DNA from: Octopus vulgaris
Lineage: Eukaryota
NCBI GenBank assembly: GCA_951406725.2
Contig: OX597829.1
Span: 3,906,001-3,970,000 of the forward strand
Reading direction: 5' to 3'
DNA: 64,000 bases
The position numbers and the translations under genes were made by a program. Below the pieces are notes generated by a model. It did not search any database and had not been told where the DNA came from. It was given only the letters and a program-made list of their open reading frames with translations. Shown here piece after piece: positions 1 through 13,374 of this stretch (position 1 is the first letter of the stretch; each line of letters opens with the position of its first letter).

Positions 1-106
1 TATATATATATATATATATTAATATATATATATCTGTATATATATGTATGTATGTATTTATATATATATGTATATATGTATGTATGTATGTATTTATATA
101 TATATA

Positions 107-141
<35 letters not shown>

Positions 142-180
142 GTATATATATGTATGTATGTATGTATTTATATATATATA

Positions 181-215
<35 letters not shown>

Positions 216-242
216 GTATATATATGTATGTATGTATGTATG

Positions 243-273
<31 letters not shown>

Positions 274-359
274 CTGTATATATATGTATATATGTATGTA
301 TGTATTTATATATATATTATATATATATATCTGTATATATATGTATATATGTATGTATG

Positions 360-402
<43 letters not shown>

Positions 403-570
403 TTATATATATGTGTGTGTGTGTATATATATGTATTTATATATATATGTGTGTGTGTGTATATATATGTATCTATCTATATATTTATATGTATATATAT
501 GTGTGTGTGTGTGTGCATAAAGTGTGTGTGAATATATATATATATTTATATATATATATACACATGTATA
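1..570. repeat. Compound (TA)n/(TATG)n/(TG)n microsatellite
   Basis: Almost pure alternating TA/TG units; the overlapping Y/I/V/C-rich ORFs are artefacts. Confidence 0.97.
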
Positions 571-637
571 TAGGCATATATTTTCTACCTTACTCTTTAC
601 AGAGAACTAGAGAGATAGGTGCATAGAATTATATGTA

Positions 638-680
<43 letters not shown>

Positions 681-969
681 ATATACATAAACATACGCAT
701 ATACACACTGGTGCACATTTATGCGCATATATATATATTTCTGGATATAATATGTATTCACCAGTTTACATGCACACGCGTGCAGAAACATACACAGAAC
801 CATGCATTATTCACACTGAGATATGGGCGTAGATTTCGTCGAAATATGGACGGAAATATCGATATAAATGTATGCGTTTGTTATTTGATAACTAGGTCTT
901 ATCTCTTATGTATATATATGTTTGTCATAAATTTACATCTATCTGTCTGTCTCTCTGTCTATCTATATA

Positions 970-972
970 CGT

Positions 973-1044
<72 letters not shown>

Positions 1045-1049
1045 ATGTA

Positions 1050-1086
<37 letters not shown>

Positions 1087-1107
1087 GTGTGTGTGTATGT
1101 GTGTATG

Positions 1108-1138
<31 letters not shown>

Positions 1139-1213
1139 TTATATGTATGTATGTATGTTTATATGTATGTATGTTTATATATGTATGTGTATGTTTATAT
1201 ATGTATGTATGTT

Positions 1214-1248
<35 letters not shown>

Positions 1249-1500
1249 GTGTATATATATATATATATGTATGTGTATATATATATGTATGTATGTGTGT
1301 GTATGTGTATATATATATGTATGTATGTGTGTGTGTGTATATATATATATATATGTGTATATGTGTATATGTATATATATATAGGTATATATACACACAC
1401 ACACATATATATATATATATGTATATATATACACATATACGTGTGTGCGTCTGTGTATATTTATATACATACACACTCTCATGTATGCGCACATTTACAC
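970..1500. repeat. Compound (CA)n/(TA)n/(TATG)n microsatellite
   Basis: Direct inspection. Confidence 0.95.
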
Positions 1501-3270
1501 ATATATCTATCCAAACGCACTCAGTAGTTCTGTACTGATATAGGTTCATTTATTGGAATTATGTCCATTTGGATGTGTGGACTTAATCTACGTCAGACAT
1601 TAAAAAGAAAATTTGTCCTAAATACTGAGGCAATTAGAGAAAGGAAATACGTTAATCTGCCTTCGTTTAATTATAATTTGTTAGATTTAATCATTTTACT
1701 AATAATTAGAAAGAATTATGTCGTGATATTAATAAAAACAACAACCTTACGTAATAAACTTTCATATGGCCTATCAAATTGTGTCTGTGTACGTTTACGG
1801 GTGTGTGGTTCTTAAGAATCTTGCTTTACATCCTCGTGGTTTTGGGTTCGCTCTTTGAATTGTGGGGCAGTCCTTGTGAGAGAATTTGCCAAGTGGAAAT
1901 TGTGTGGAATACTTTCGTGTGTATGTTTGTATGTCTTCGTATTTTTATGAGACTCTGCCGTTAGACAACAACTGTTAGTTTGTTCACATTCCCGCAAACT
2001 AGCTGTTCGACAAAAGATAAAAATAACCAGGCTTAGAAGGAGAATAGATTGGGAGTGATATCTAAGGCCTTTGGAGGTGGTACCCAGCATGACTGCCATC
2101 CACTATCTGAAAGATGTAATGTGCATGCATACACACACACACACACATCCTTAATTCATACACTGCAAACGATCGTGATATCCGGAACTGTAAATATCTG
2201 CAAGACTTTCTTAAGATTTAAAGGATGATGAACGAAACATGACGCTTTTCTTTACAATCTTATTAACAAGTAGGTGCCTGGTCAATTTTTTTTTCTAAGT
2301 TGAAAAGGGAAAGAGAAGAACATATATACATGTACGACACTTATTATTTCGTCCTTTGATTTCACATATGGTTTCTGTTGTTTTGCTCTGTGTTAGTTCC
2401 GATCGTGACACTTAATGTTACGGGTTGCTCCACTTGTGGCTACTCCTTATGATTTCTCTTTCTTTCATTTCCAAAGTAATAGGATATAGTGAAAGGATTT
2501 TAGCTGGGGTTTTTTTTATCACTTCGTGAAGTTTTCTTAATGCCATTGAAGATGGCGTAATTAGCTTTCTTCATTTGAATGAAATTAGAAGACATTATCG
2601 ACAATATGGTTAAGGTAGAAGTCAAGTTCCCTTACTAAATAAATACACGTACGGTTTTGTTTCACATATGTAATATGGTGAGGTGAAAAACTCCTATTAA
2701 TTGAGGTTCACCTTTGGAAATAGTTGACAATAACTGCTTCTATGGACTTCGAAACGTAGGAACAAGAAGCCCTGAAAATAAGGGAAAGTCAATTGATCTG
2801 GATATAAGTGGCATTAGATTTACTTCAGGAATTCCTCCATGTCCGTCGAGTATATAACATATGAGAGAAAGGCAAAATAGAATTCACGAAATTCCTTACT
2901 AATACTACAATCGTTTCGACCCATCGTAAAACGGTCCCTCACGGATGACATTCTGTACGACTTTTCAAAAAGATCCCTCGCTCATTAAACTCGGTTTTGC
3001 ATAGTCCGTTTATTAATGCATTTCGATATTTGCCTGTAGCTGAATGTGTAGAGAGGAGATCAGAGTTTTGAACGACTTGGAATGAAGTACAGTTCTCTGT
3101 ATTGGTGATGAATCATAAATATAATACGTGTATATGAATTCATAATATGTTAAGACAGATTACTAGGCACATCTGCACTGAATGATGCACCACAACTAGT
3201 TGTATCGAATATCACCCGCGAGGGACCAGGATAGATCGAAACGGTCGCAGTGATTAATAATCGCGCGCGC

Positions 3271-3327
<57 letters not shown>

Positions 3328-3329
<2 letters not shown>

Positions 3330-3912
3330 TTACTTGAAATATATTCGTCACGTATTTCAACTGCTAAAGGCAAAAACCCTGCAGTTACCGTGGAGAGAAA
3401 GAATCTCTCTTATGGTAAAAAGGTGTAAAAATACCCCGTTTGTTCAGTCTCGCCCTCTCTCGGGAAACTGAGATATCGATGTTTCGGGTTTGTTGACTCT
3501 TGTCGATCAGATGTACCTGAGAGGGGCAACCCTGAACGAACCGACAAAAGTTATAAGCTTTATATATAATTCAGCCAACACATTGACTGAGATGCGCTAG
3601 AAGATCGCCCGATCGAGATAAATAACGAAGTAATGGCGCTAAGCAGTGTTTACGTATAATCACAATTTAGGTTAGTTGAAATATATTTGTCACATATTCC
3701 AACTGCTAAAGGCAAATACACTGCAGTTACCGTGGAGAAAAAAAATCTCTCTTATGGTAACAAGGTGTGGAAACACGTCGTTCGTTCAGTGTCGTCCTCT
3801 CTCGGGAATCTGAGACATCAATGTTTTCACACCTTTTTACCATAAGAGAATTTTTCTTCACGGTAAGTGCAGTGTATTTGCCTTTAGCTGTTGAAATATG
3901 TGACAGACATAT
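3328..3912. mobile_element. Direct plus inverted repeat unit, resembling a Penelope-like pseudo-LTR arrangement
   Basis: 3328-3484 is repeated directly at 3670-3825. 3822-3912 is the reverse complement of about 3681-3775. The unit starts at a (TA)n tract. Confidence 0.55.
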
Positions 3913-4146
3913 GTGTTATATTTGTGTGTGTGTGTGTGTTTTATATGTATATTATGCGTATTTATATGTCAGAGGCGACTCCAGGTCATCCGCGTAACTC
4001 GGGCTCATCACAGATGTTGCATAAGACACATGCCTACTCGAAGATTTTCACGTTTTCCCGCTTTATTTCTAGCCCCAAATGACTTATTTTTATATCTAGA
4101 ACTATATATATAATATACATATACGCGCGCGCACACATATAATATA

Positions 4147-4377
4147 TATTTCTTTATTACCCACAAGGGGCTACACACAGAGGGGACAAACAAGGACAGA
4201 CAAACGAATTAAGTCGATTACATAGACCCCAGTGCGTAACTGGTACTTAATTTATCGACCCCGAAAGGATGAAAGGCAAAGTCGACCTCGGCGGAATTTG
4301 AACTCAGAACGTAGCGGCAGACGAAATACGGCTATGCATTTCGCCCGGCGTGCTAACGTTTCTGCCAGCTCGCCGCC
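4147..4377 (-). mobile_element. tRNA-derived SINE family A, full length
   Basis: Minus strand reads ggcggcgagctggcagaaacgttagc...gagttcaaattcc (A/B-box-like head), then gaggtcgactttgcctttcatcctttcggggtcgataaa (Nin/Deu-like core). Near-identical copies occur elsewhere in the window. Confidence 0.9.
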
Positions 4378-4428
4378 TTAACACACATATAATATATATA
4401 CATTTACATACATACACACACACACATA

Positions 4429-5115
4429 TAGGGTGAGATGGGTAAATTGTCGCTGTTTTATATATTTTGCGCATGCACATTGTGTGTTTTTCGTTTTGTT
4501 GATTACAAGTATAATAGGGCCTCGTCTGTGAGAAACATAGCCCCACGACGCAGTTCACTCCGTCATAAATTTGGAAACGACATGCTGTATTGCTTGGCAT
4601 TCACACCGGAAGTTTCAATACGTGCATGATACCGAGAGTGATAAAAATCAAACATCCAGTCAACATCATGTTGTTTGGAGTGATCGCTAGTGATGGTGTC
4701 GTTATGCTTCCATTCATCTTCCAACACTGCCTCAGACTCAACACGGAGGCCTACATCAAGTGCCTGGAGGAGGTCAAGAGGGTGGTTGCTAGAAGCCCTT
4801 ATGTCTGGCAACAGGACTCTGCACCATGCAACACACGCAGGAGAACCCAGTCATGGCTGTCAGACAATTTCTGCGACTACATCACTCCTAACATCTGGCC
4901 TCCTAACTCTCCAGACTGCAACCCCCTTGATTATTATGTGTGGGGCGCAGTTGAGCAAGAGACCAACAAAACTCCTTGTAACATCAAAGAGGAACTGAAG
5001 GCAAGGATTATGGCAGCATTCACCAACTTAAACAAGGATACCGTCCAGAAGAGTTGCAGGAGATTCTGAAGTCGTCTGGCGGCCGTGGTTGATGCCAATG
5101 GCGATTTTATTGAAT
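4429..5115 (+). mobile_element. Tc1/mariner transposon remnant, DD37D (maT-like) catalytic domain
   Basis: ORF 4590-5069 contains YVWQQDSAP...WPPNSPDCNPLDYYVWG, with 37 residues between the second and third Asp. The N-terminal part is missing. Confidence 0.88.
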
Positions 5116-5324
5116 GAATTTACTCTTTAGTATTTCAAGATATTTTTATGTAATATTGGTATTCTTTTTGTTCTCTGTTTTATAAGGGAGTACCTAAGCA
5201 AAATAACACATCAAGTTGCGTTCGTCTATTTTGACACAGAAAGATAAACTTAGCTGTACATTTATACTGTATCATTGAGCTAGTAGACATTATATGTAAG
5301 AGACATAAGACTTGTCAGTCCGCT

Positions 5325-5470
5325 CTGTGGAGCCGGCGGACAAATTGGAAGAGGCATTACCCTGGAGGATGGTAAGGGAGATGCGCTGGAACAGTCACTC
5401 CGTCTCATGGGGCTCGCACTTGCGGACAGCTCCGACATTAGTGAGCAGGGCTGTAGTCCGGGAGGCCAGA
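5325..5470 (-). mobile_element. CRE-clade-like non-LTR retrotransposon C-terminal remnant
   Basis: Minus strand translates LLTNVG...EPHETE*LFQRISLTILQGNA, matching the FQRIS.AI.RGNA motif that ends CRE-type ORFs; it has an in-frame stop. Confidence 0.55.
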
Positions 5471-6398
5471 AAGGAAAATAAAATCAATGATATTAAAATG
5501 TAGACTGGGTACTAAAAACCATTCAGTGTGTTGTCGTCATTGAAGTTGGAACAGACAAATATTATAACTCAATTCCTAATTAACACTAGGAATGCAGGGA
5601 AGCAGAGCTGTTATCAACAAAGCTGCATTGTTTAGTTACTGACATGGCGAGCAGTCAAATGATAGCCTGTAAAGCACTCCCTCTTTGACCTGGAAAATAC
5701 CTACATTTGCTGAGGTAAATAATTTCACTTTCATAGGATCCTGGATTTGGAAAAGCATCGACATTTCTTAAGTGAAGTTTTTAAGAGTGATTATGAATTA
5801 TAAACAGAAATTCGATTTATTTATTTATTTGAAAGTTTTCAGGTACACTTCTACAGCTATCGACTTGTGGGTTCTCACCACAACCACTACAAAATTAAAT
5901 GTGGTGAAGAAGGGCCTTAATTTGGCACAAAAGTAATTGTGTCGTATTTACTGTTAATAGTTTTAACTCTAATTACAGCTCAGACTGTTTAGTCATGTTA
6001 CTTGATTTTCCGAGCTGAATCTTGTGTATCATGTTTCCTTGTCTGGAGATCCGGGTGGGTAACAGCTCGTATTGGTCGTCCACAAACCACGTGACTAACT
6101 GGGATACTGTTTGAAGGGTTACCCGGATAACCTGAATATATACCAACAAATGGTGGATGCAGTCACTCGATGCAACGGTGCATGGCCCCACTTCTGACTT
6201 GATGTTTTTTCAATACCGATATGATAGGAACTAAAATTATCCCATTTTGTACAGGTCATGTTAGTTATTTTTACATTTTAAACATCAACCTGAGAACTTT
6301 TATTTACTAGTTTTATGAATAATCTCATTTTATCAGTTTTCCATCCAAGTATGTTTCATATGTGAGACCTAAGTGTTGATTACCTCTGTGTGTGTGTG

Positions 6399-6475
<77 letters not shown>

Positions 6476-7210
6476 CTTTAATTATTTTCCGTTGTTTATC
6501 CTCTGATCAAACTTGATCGAACATACTCATAATCATCAAAGACATTCTTACTGGTTATTTTCTAATACAGTGTATTCTGAGATTATCTTCTTCAATGTGG
6601 CTTTCCTCTTTATTTATTTATTTATTTAAAAAAAAAAAGACTAGATTTGGTTTGATATTCGCTGCTATGGCAAACCAGGTCGACCTGCCATGATAGAAAT
6701 AATATCTTTGTACATAAAAATGTATTCCTAGACAGGTTGCATCAGAAACAAAGACAGAATGGTCACAGGGGACTGGATGCTTTTTTTTTATTACAACCCT
6801 TCGTAACCCTAACCCTTACCCTAACATGGAGCAGAAAACCTAGTATTTTTTAGGGTTTTTTTTTTTTTTAAATTCACTACGTGCAATGAAAGAGTATTCA
6901 TCGATCTGAGATGGATTAAATAATCTGCAAAATATTGGGTATTCATTATATCGATCACTTCGAAACCTGTTCGATCTTTCTGTAAATATTGACCGTGTAC
7001 CTTCTGAACAGAAAACATTTTACAAAATGTATTTGGATTACGCAGTCAGAAAGTACAAATTCCCTTCTTTGCCTCTCAAACTATCGGTTTCACTCGAAAA
7101 TTTTAATTCAATGGCTTTGTACTGACTGCCCTCGTCACATTAATTCGCATAAACCCCACTGCCGAACCATGTACACACATAGGTACAACTACGCGCAAGT
7201 ACACATACGT

Positions 7211-7279
<69 letters not shown>

Positions 7280-8223
7280 CGCGCGTAAAGAGCAAGAGAG
7301 AGATACAAGCGGAAAATACAAATATATTGGTATATAAATACTCTCTCATATACGCACATCTATATCGTGTATGCATTTTATCTATCTGTCTATCAACACA
7401 CACACACACACACGTTGAAGTAGACAATTAGAGCACGGTGCAGTCTTGCGAATCGTTGGATCTTATTAAGCCGTCCATGTCACGCATCATAGACGTTAAA
7501 ATGTGACGATAATCTTTGTACATAGAGTGGAGTGTCTTTACCCGATAGTCTGTGTCATTATTGCTTGCATACTCGTTATTTGAAATATATCCTTTCTTGC
7601 TAGTTTAAACACGATGCACTTTAACAAAGTTATTGAAAATACTATAAAACAACATGTAACTATGTAATACATAACCATAAAATCAGAAGGCATGAAAGGT
7701 GAATTTATTAACCACATGATGTCCATAGCTTTACTGCCTTCACTATGGAAGAAATTATGCGTACTTGTTTGCATTAATATGTATGCTCAGCATTATATAA
7801 TACAATTGTTTATTCATAAATTAATGCAAATAAAGAAAGCTAAGCTCATCAGATAAACCAGAACATCACGGTTACACCAATAATTTAACCTTAAATATGT
7901 ACACATTTCCCTCTTTATACATTATAACATATGAAAGACCGAAACTGTTCATAATTAGATTGATTTCGTCGGTTCGGTAATAGTAAAGCTATATCAAATA
8001 AGTTAAAGTGCTAGATAGAAAATTAGGGAATTGACAATTGTGATAGTTGCGCGACTTTCTGAACCCATATATATATATATATACATACATACATACATAC
8101 ATATATATAAGTTGAGTAAAAATTTAGATTCAGATGAATATGATACTTAAATTGAGGCACCAGAATTTAGTATGGTTATTATCCATACAATTTCAAAGTA
8201 AGGTGTGTGTTTGTGTGTGTGTG

Positions 8224-8272
<49 letters not shown>

Positions 8273-8379
8273 TTATATAAATAAAGATAAAATCGTTAAT
8301 TTAAAAATAAAATAACGATTTTATCAAGTGGTCAGCATTGAATAAAAATAACCTTCAAAGATAATAATTATTAAAATTA

Positions 8380-8522
8380 AAATTAGGGTATCTACGAGAT
8401 ACCACCATGCTGAATATAGCAGCCATGGTCTGACTTTAAAACCACTGACAAATAAGGTGGTTTTAGAGTCAGATCATGGCTGCTATTTTCAGCATGGTGG
8501 TATCTCGTAGATACCCTAATTT
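8380..8522. repeat. Long inverted repeat (about 66-bp arms, 11-nt spacer)
   Basis: aattagggtatctacgagataccacc...aaaaccac / gtggtttt...ggtggtatctcgtagataccctaatt; three mismatches counted by eye. Confidence 0.93.
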
Positions 8523-8543
8523 ATAATTATATATATATATATA

Positions 8544-8921
8544 GGAGCACTCCGTCGGTTGCGACGATGAGGGTCCCAGCTGATACGATCAACGGAACAG
8601 CTTGCTCGTGATATTAACGTGCAAGTGGCTGAGCACTCCACAGACACGCGTACCCTTAACGTAGTTCTCGGGGATATTCAGCGTGACACAGAGAGTGACA
8701 AGGCTGGCCCTTTGAAATACAGGTACTAGAGAAACAGGAAGAAAGAGCGATAGAAAGTTGTGGTGAAAGAGTACAGCAGGGTTCACCACCATCCCCTGCC
8801 GGAGCCTCGTGGAGCTTTAGGTGTTTTTGCTCAATAAACACTCACAATGCCCGATCTGGGAATCGAAACCGCGATCCTCCGACCGCGAGTCCGCTGCCCT
8901 AACCACTGGGCCATTGCGCCT

Positions 8922-8924
<3 letters not shown>
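8544..8924 (-). mobile_element. tRNA-derived SINE family C inserted in (TA)n
   Basis: Minus strand starts ggaggcgcaatggcccagtggttagggcagcggactcgcgg...ggtttcgattccc (A box, B box), followed by a non-tRNA body. Flanked by (TA)n on both sides. Confidence 0.85.
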
Positions 8925-9005
<81 letters not shown>

Positions 9006-9384
9006 CAATAATGCCATACATTTTTATTTACCAATGCTAGATAACCGTACTTAATGTCCTTAAGATGTGGGCGGTAGACGCAAAGGTCATTATGAGTTAC
9101 CAGAACTATGATATTCTACTGGTTCTTGTCTTCTAGCTCGTATAGGGTTGAGCGTATTTGACGAAGGACAGTCAACAGCGGGTTGAGCATCACTGTTATG
9201 TATAGGTGAAACTACTGGAGCAGGTTTTATGCAATTTGGTTATAAGAATTAATCGTTGTTCAATTGTTTTCGGATATCACTTCCAGATAAGGCTGGAAGA
9301 TGTTAGTTAAAGAATATCAGTTCCTACTGTCCAATCAATGTGCGAACACACACACACACACGCACACGCACACAAACACACACG

Positions 9385-9463
<79 letters not shown>

Positions 9464-9958
9464 GCAAAATATATATCATTGCTAGTAAACTGTTATGTTA
9501 TGCTAATTGACTTTTGTTGGGTAGAAAAATGAGCAATGAATTTAGCAATGGAGAAACAAAAAAAAGATAGAAGCCTCTGAGATGTGGACATTTTTGCAGA
9601 CTGGGCAGAATAAGCTAAATAAGACAGAGTAACAAACACTGGAGCACGAGAAAAGCCGAAGGCCCAAAAGCCCAAAAGCCCAAAAGCCCACCTATCGTTG
9701 AGAACCAAGTCTGCAAAGCTGCCGTTTTTATGCATACGAAGCGTTTCTGAGTCATTGTCCAAGACCATCCTGGCAGGAAGTATGGGGGAAGAGAGCGAGA
9801 GACCGTGAAAATACATTTGTGAAATGACAATGTCAAAGAATAGAGTGAAAACAAGAGCCCGGACTGATCGTATGCATGTAACAGATAGGGAACTGAAGTC
9901 TTGGACAAAGCCGAGCCGTGAGCACAGGGTGGCCAGCTCTTTGCTATACGTTTGCATA

Positions 9959-10200
9959 TCTTTTGCTTCTTACTTGCTTCAGTCATTGAACTGCGGCTAT
10001 GTTGGGGTGCTGTCTCGAAGGGGGTTTTAGTCAAATAAATATACCGTAATACTTCTTTGTATTTTTTAAAAAAGTCTGGTGTTATTCTATAGGTCCCTTT
10101 CGCCAAACCGCTCAGATTACGGGGACGTAAACAAACCAACGGCGGTTGTCAAGCTATGTCGGAGGACAAGCTCGCGTGTGCGCACACACGCAACGGACTT
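9959..10200 (-). mobile_element. SINE family B, 3' half (degenerate)
   Basis: Matches the ttcagtcatt...gccaaaccgct...ggggacgtaaac segment of the other family B copies. Confidence 0.7.
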
Positions 10201-10214
10201 CTATCTATCTATCT

Positions 10215-10254
<40 letters not shown>

Positions 10255-10373
10255 GTAATTAACCGGACACTATTTCCTTCTATTACTTCGATACCATTTC
10301 TCACCTTTCAGTCCACAATCCTTTTCATTTCTTTCTTTCTTTTCTTCTACTTTGAACTGAGAACATCGAGCAC

Positions 10374-10464
<91 letters not shown>

Positions 10465-10530
10465 AATGAAATGTCTTGCCCAAGGTTCAGCCTAACTATT
10501 GACCACGAGTTAAGCTATTTTTGAGAAATA

Positions 10531-10755
10531 TTAACCCTTTAGCATTTAAACCGGCCGCCATATCAAGCTCAAATATTTTACATGTTTTATGTTCAAACGG
10601 GGCAAATCCGACCTCGCACACCGACCAGGTAATGTCATTTTGACTAATAAACAATCTCATTAACGAGATGTCAACGCTACATGATAATACGTGATTAATT
10701 CAAAACATAAAGAATAAATAGGTTTAGCAGAGTGATCTGAACGCTAAAGGGTTAA
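10531..10755. mobile_element. piggyBac-type MITE
   Basis: TTAA-CCCTTTAGC ... GCTAAAGGG-TTAA termini (TTAA TSD, CCC end). A second copy lies at 47012-47243. Confidence 0.8.
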
Positions 10756-11289
10756 GCAATGATTATTTAACAGTATATAACACTAAATCACTGAGGTAAA
10801 TTACTCAGAGACGTCATCTGCATGAATAACAATAGTTAAGTTAGTGTTGTTAACATAACCTGATGTAGTAAACATAAGGATTCTAATTGTAAGGAATGAT
10901 GTAATATGAAAAAAATATATATATTACATCAATGTTTATGTTAATAGTTTCGACATGAGCGATAATTCTGTGCATATCTGTTCTACTTAAGCTCCTTAGT
11001 TAAAGAAAGACTCCGCTGTATTTGCAAAAGAAATTAATGGCGAGAGAATCCTCTGCGTAGATATTGTCGCTTTTGTGTTTGTGTGTATACAGATGCATTG
11101 TGTGAGAAGGAGAAGGGGGGGGAGAGTGGTAATGATAACTGGATAAACAAACGCATGCACGAACAGAAAAAAAGAGAAAATTTGTTTGAAATTGCCACTT
11201 GAGGAAGAAATGGATTGGGGGGGGGGGGGGATGAATAGAAAGAAAGAAAAAAAGAGAGAGGTGTGATGGAAGTAAAGAATGGTTATGGA

Positions 11290-11316
11290 TATAGATAGAG
11301 ATAGATAGAGAGGGAG

Positions 11317-11367
<51 letters not shown>

Positions 11368-11473
11368 GAGGGAGAGAGAGATAGATAGATAGATAGATAG
11401 ATAGATAGTTAGATAGATAGATAGATAGATAGATATAGATGATAGAGAGAGAGAGAGATTGATAGAGAGATTG

Positions 11474-11504
<31 letters not shown>

Positions 11505-11518
11505 TCGATAGAGAGATT

Positions 11519-11558
<40 letters not shown>

Positions 11559-11665
11559 TTGATAGAGAGAGAGAAAGGTTGATAGAGAGATTGATAGATA
11601 GAGAGATAGATAGAGATAGGTGATATTGAGATAGATATTGAGATAGACAGACAGACAGACAGACA
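11290..11665. repeat. (GATA)n/(GA)n/(GACA)n microsatellite
   Basis: Direct inspection. Confidence 0.95.
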
Positions 11666-12254
11666 AGGCACATACTCTCCCTCTCTCGAACACACACTCT
11701 GATTGCGGCCGCGTTACACGTTTCTCTCCAGTCTCATTTATTTCTCGTTACAAGACCCACTTCAGTTGGTGGTCGTGAGTTTCCTCATGCATGTCAAGAA
11801 CGAAGCGAAATAATAATGGAAAAAAAATAGAGAGAGGGAGAGAGAGAAAAGAAAGCAATGAAAATAATAATAATAACCACTCGTGCGCGACCGTAATACA
11901 CTTGAGTAAGGAACGTACAAATGGCAATAGAAAAGTGATTTTCAAGTTGAGCGCCTTTTTTCGCCGAAAGATGATCTTTCCGTTGAAATCGACTTGAAGA
12001 TAACCATTCTAACCCACCACTCCTTCTCTCTCTCTCTCTCTCTTTTTTCTCTCTCTCTTTTCTCTCTCACTCTCTCTCTCTCCATCTCTCTGCACTTATG
12101 CAAAAATACTCTTGATAATGAAACAGACCATAGCTTTAATGACTTAATTCTACGATTTACACGCTCAGAGAGAGAATGAGAGAGAGAGGGAGAGAGAGAG
12201 AGAATATTTACCCATACACTATCAAGTTTTATGGTGTATTTAATTTTTTCTTTG

Positions 12255-12309
<55 letters not shown>

Positions 12310-12567
12310 CATACATATATATATACACACACATATTTATATATATATACATGCATATATATATACATACATATATATATATATACACACACACACACAT
12401 TATATATATATATATATATACACATATATATATACATATATATATATACACATATATATACATATATATATACATATTTATATATATATACATATATATA
12501 TACATATATATATATATACATACATATACATATATATATATATATATATATACATATATATATACAT

Positions 12568-12608
<41 letters not shown>

Positions 12609-12617
12609 CATATACAT

Positions 12618-12650
<33 letters not shown>

Positions 12651-12666
12651 ATACATACATATACAT

Positions 12667-12760
<94 letters not shown>
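12255..12760. repeat. (TA)n/(CA)n compound microsatellite
   Basis: Direct inspection. Confidence 0.95.
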
Positions 12761-12763
<3 letters not shown>

Positions 12764-13260
12764 TACGCGCGCGCACATACAAGAGGAAGAGAGAGAGAGA
12801 TAGAGAGAGAGGAACAAAAGAGAGGAAGTGTGTGCAGCAGTCGTTGTTGTATTTGGATGGCAGGCCTGGACGTTTACTTTATTAAACTTACTGGACCACA
12901 ACGGTTGTCCGCTTCAGAAATGACAGCAGATCATGCCCTGCCGCTCTGTAATTGTAAATTGGAATTCTCTTGGGAACGAGAAGAAGAAACGCATGCGAAA
13001 GACGAACGTAGGTTCGTTCGTTGTGCGTTGGAATAACCGATCGCTGCACACATCGTAGAATAAATAGCGTTACCGTGAAACTGCTTGTGATTCATATGAA
13101 ATCGATATTTTATATCACATGTGTAGTGTAATCACATTAATATAGAGCAGAGCGGTGTAGCGGGGAGCGACTTAATCTCATGTGACTGAATTTTAAATGG
13201 CATCTCAAAATGCATTTGGGACTCTATACACGGAAAACAGGCGCTTGTTCAAACACAAAA

Positions 13261-13374
<114 letters not shown>

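Noticed and set aside
52-1549. Long ORFs rich in Y/I/V/C/M/H/T (also at 12.2, 16.5, 24.1, 41.5, 52.8 and 61.3-62.4 kb)
   Set aside because: They are translations of dinucleotide and tetranucleotide microsatellites that lack stop codons; there is no protein signal.
3975-4012. tgatgagcccg on the minus strand as a hammerhead
   Set aside because: It lacks the leading C, the GAAA and a convincing stem I.
6804-6824. taaccctaacccttaccctaac telomere-like tract
   Set aside because: Only about three imperfect units; an interstitial fragment, not a telomere.
8850-8924. tRNA-like sequence as a real tRNA gene
   Set aside because: It continues directly into a SINE body with no closing acceptor stem or poly-T terminator; the same applies to the other SINE heads.
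9493-10139. 154-aa and 174-aa minus-strand ORFs
   Set aside because: No recognisable domain; they partly overlap a SINE fragment and a short (GCCCAAAA)n repeat.
11690-13200. CpG-richer unique stretches as a promoter or exons (including a minus-strand GTAAGT at 12891)
   Set aside because: No consistent exon boundaries, ORF or core promoter motif that I can support from sequence alone.
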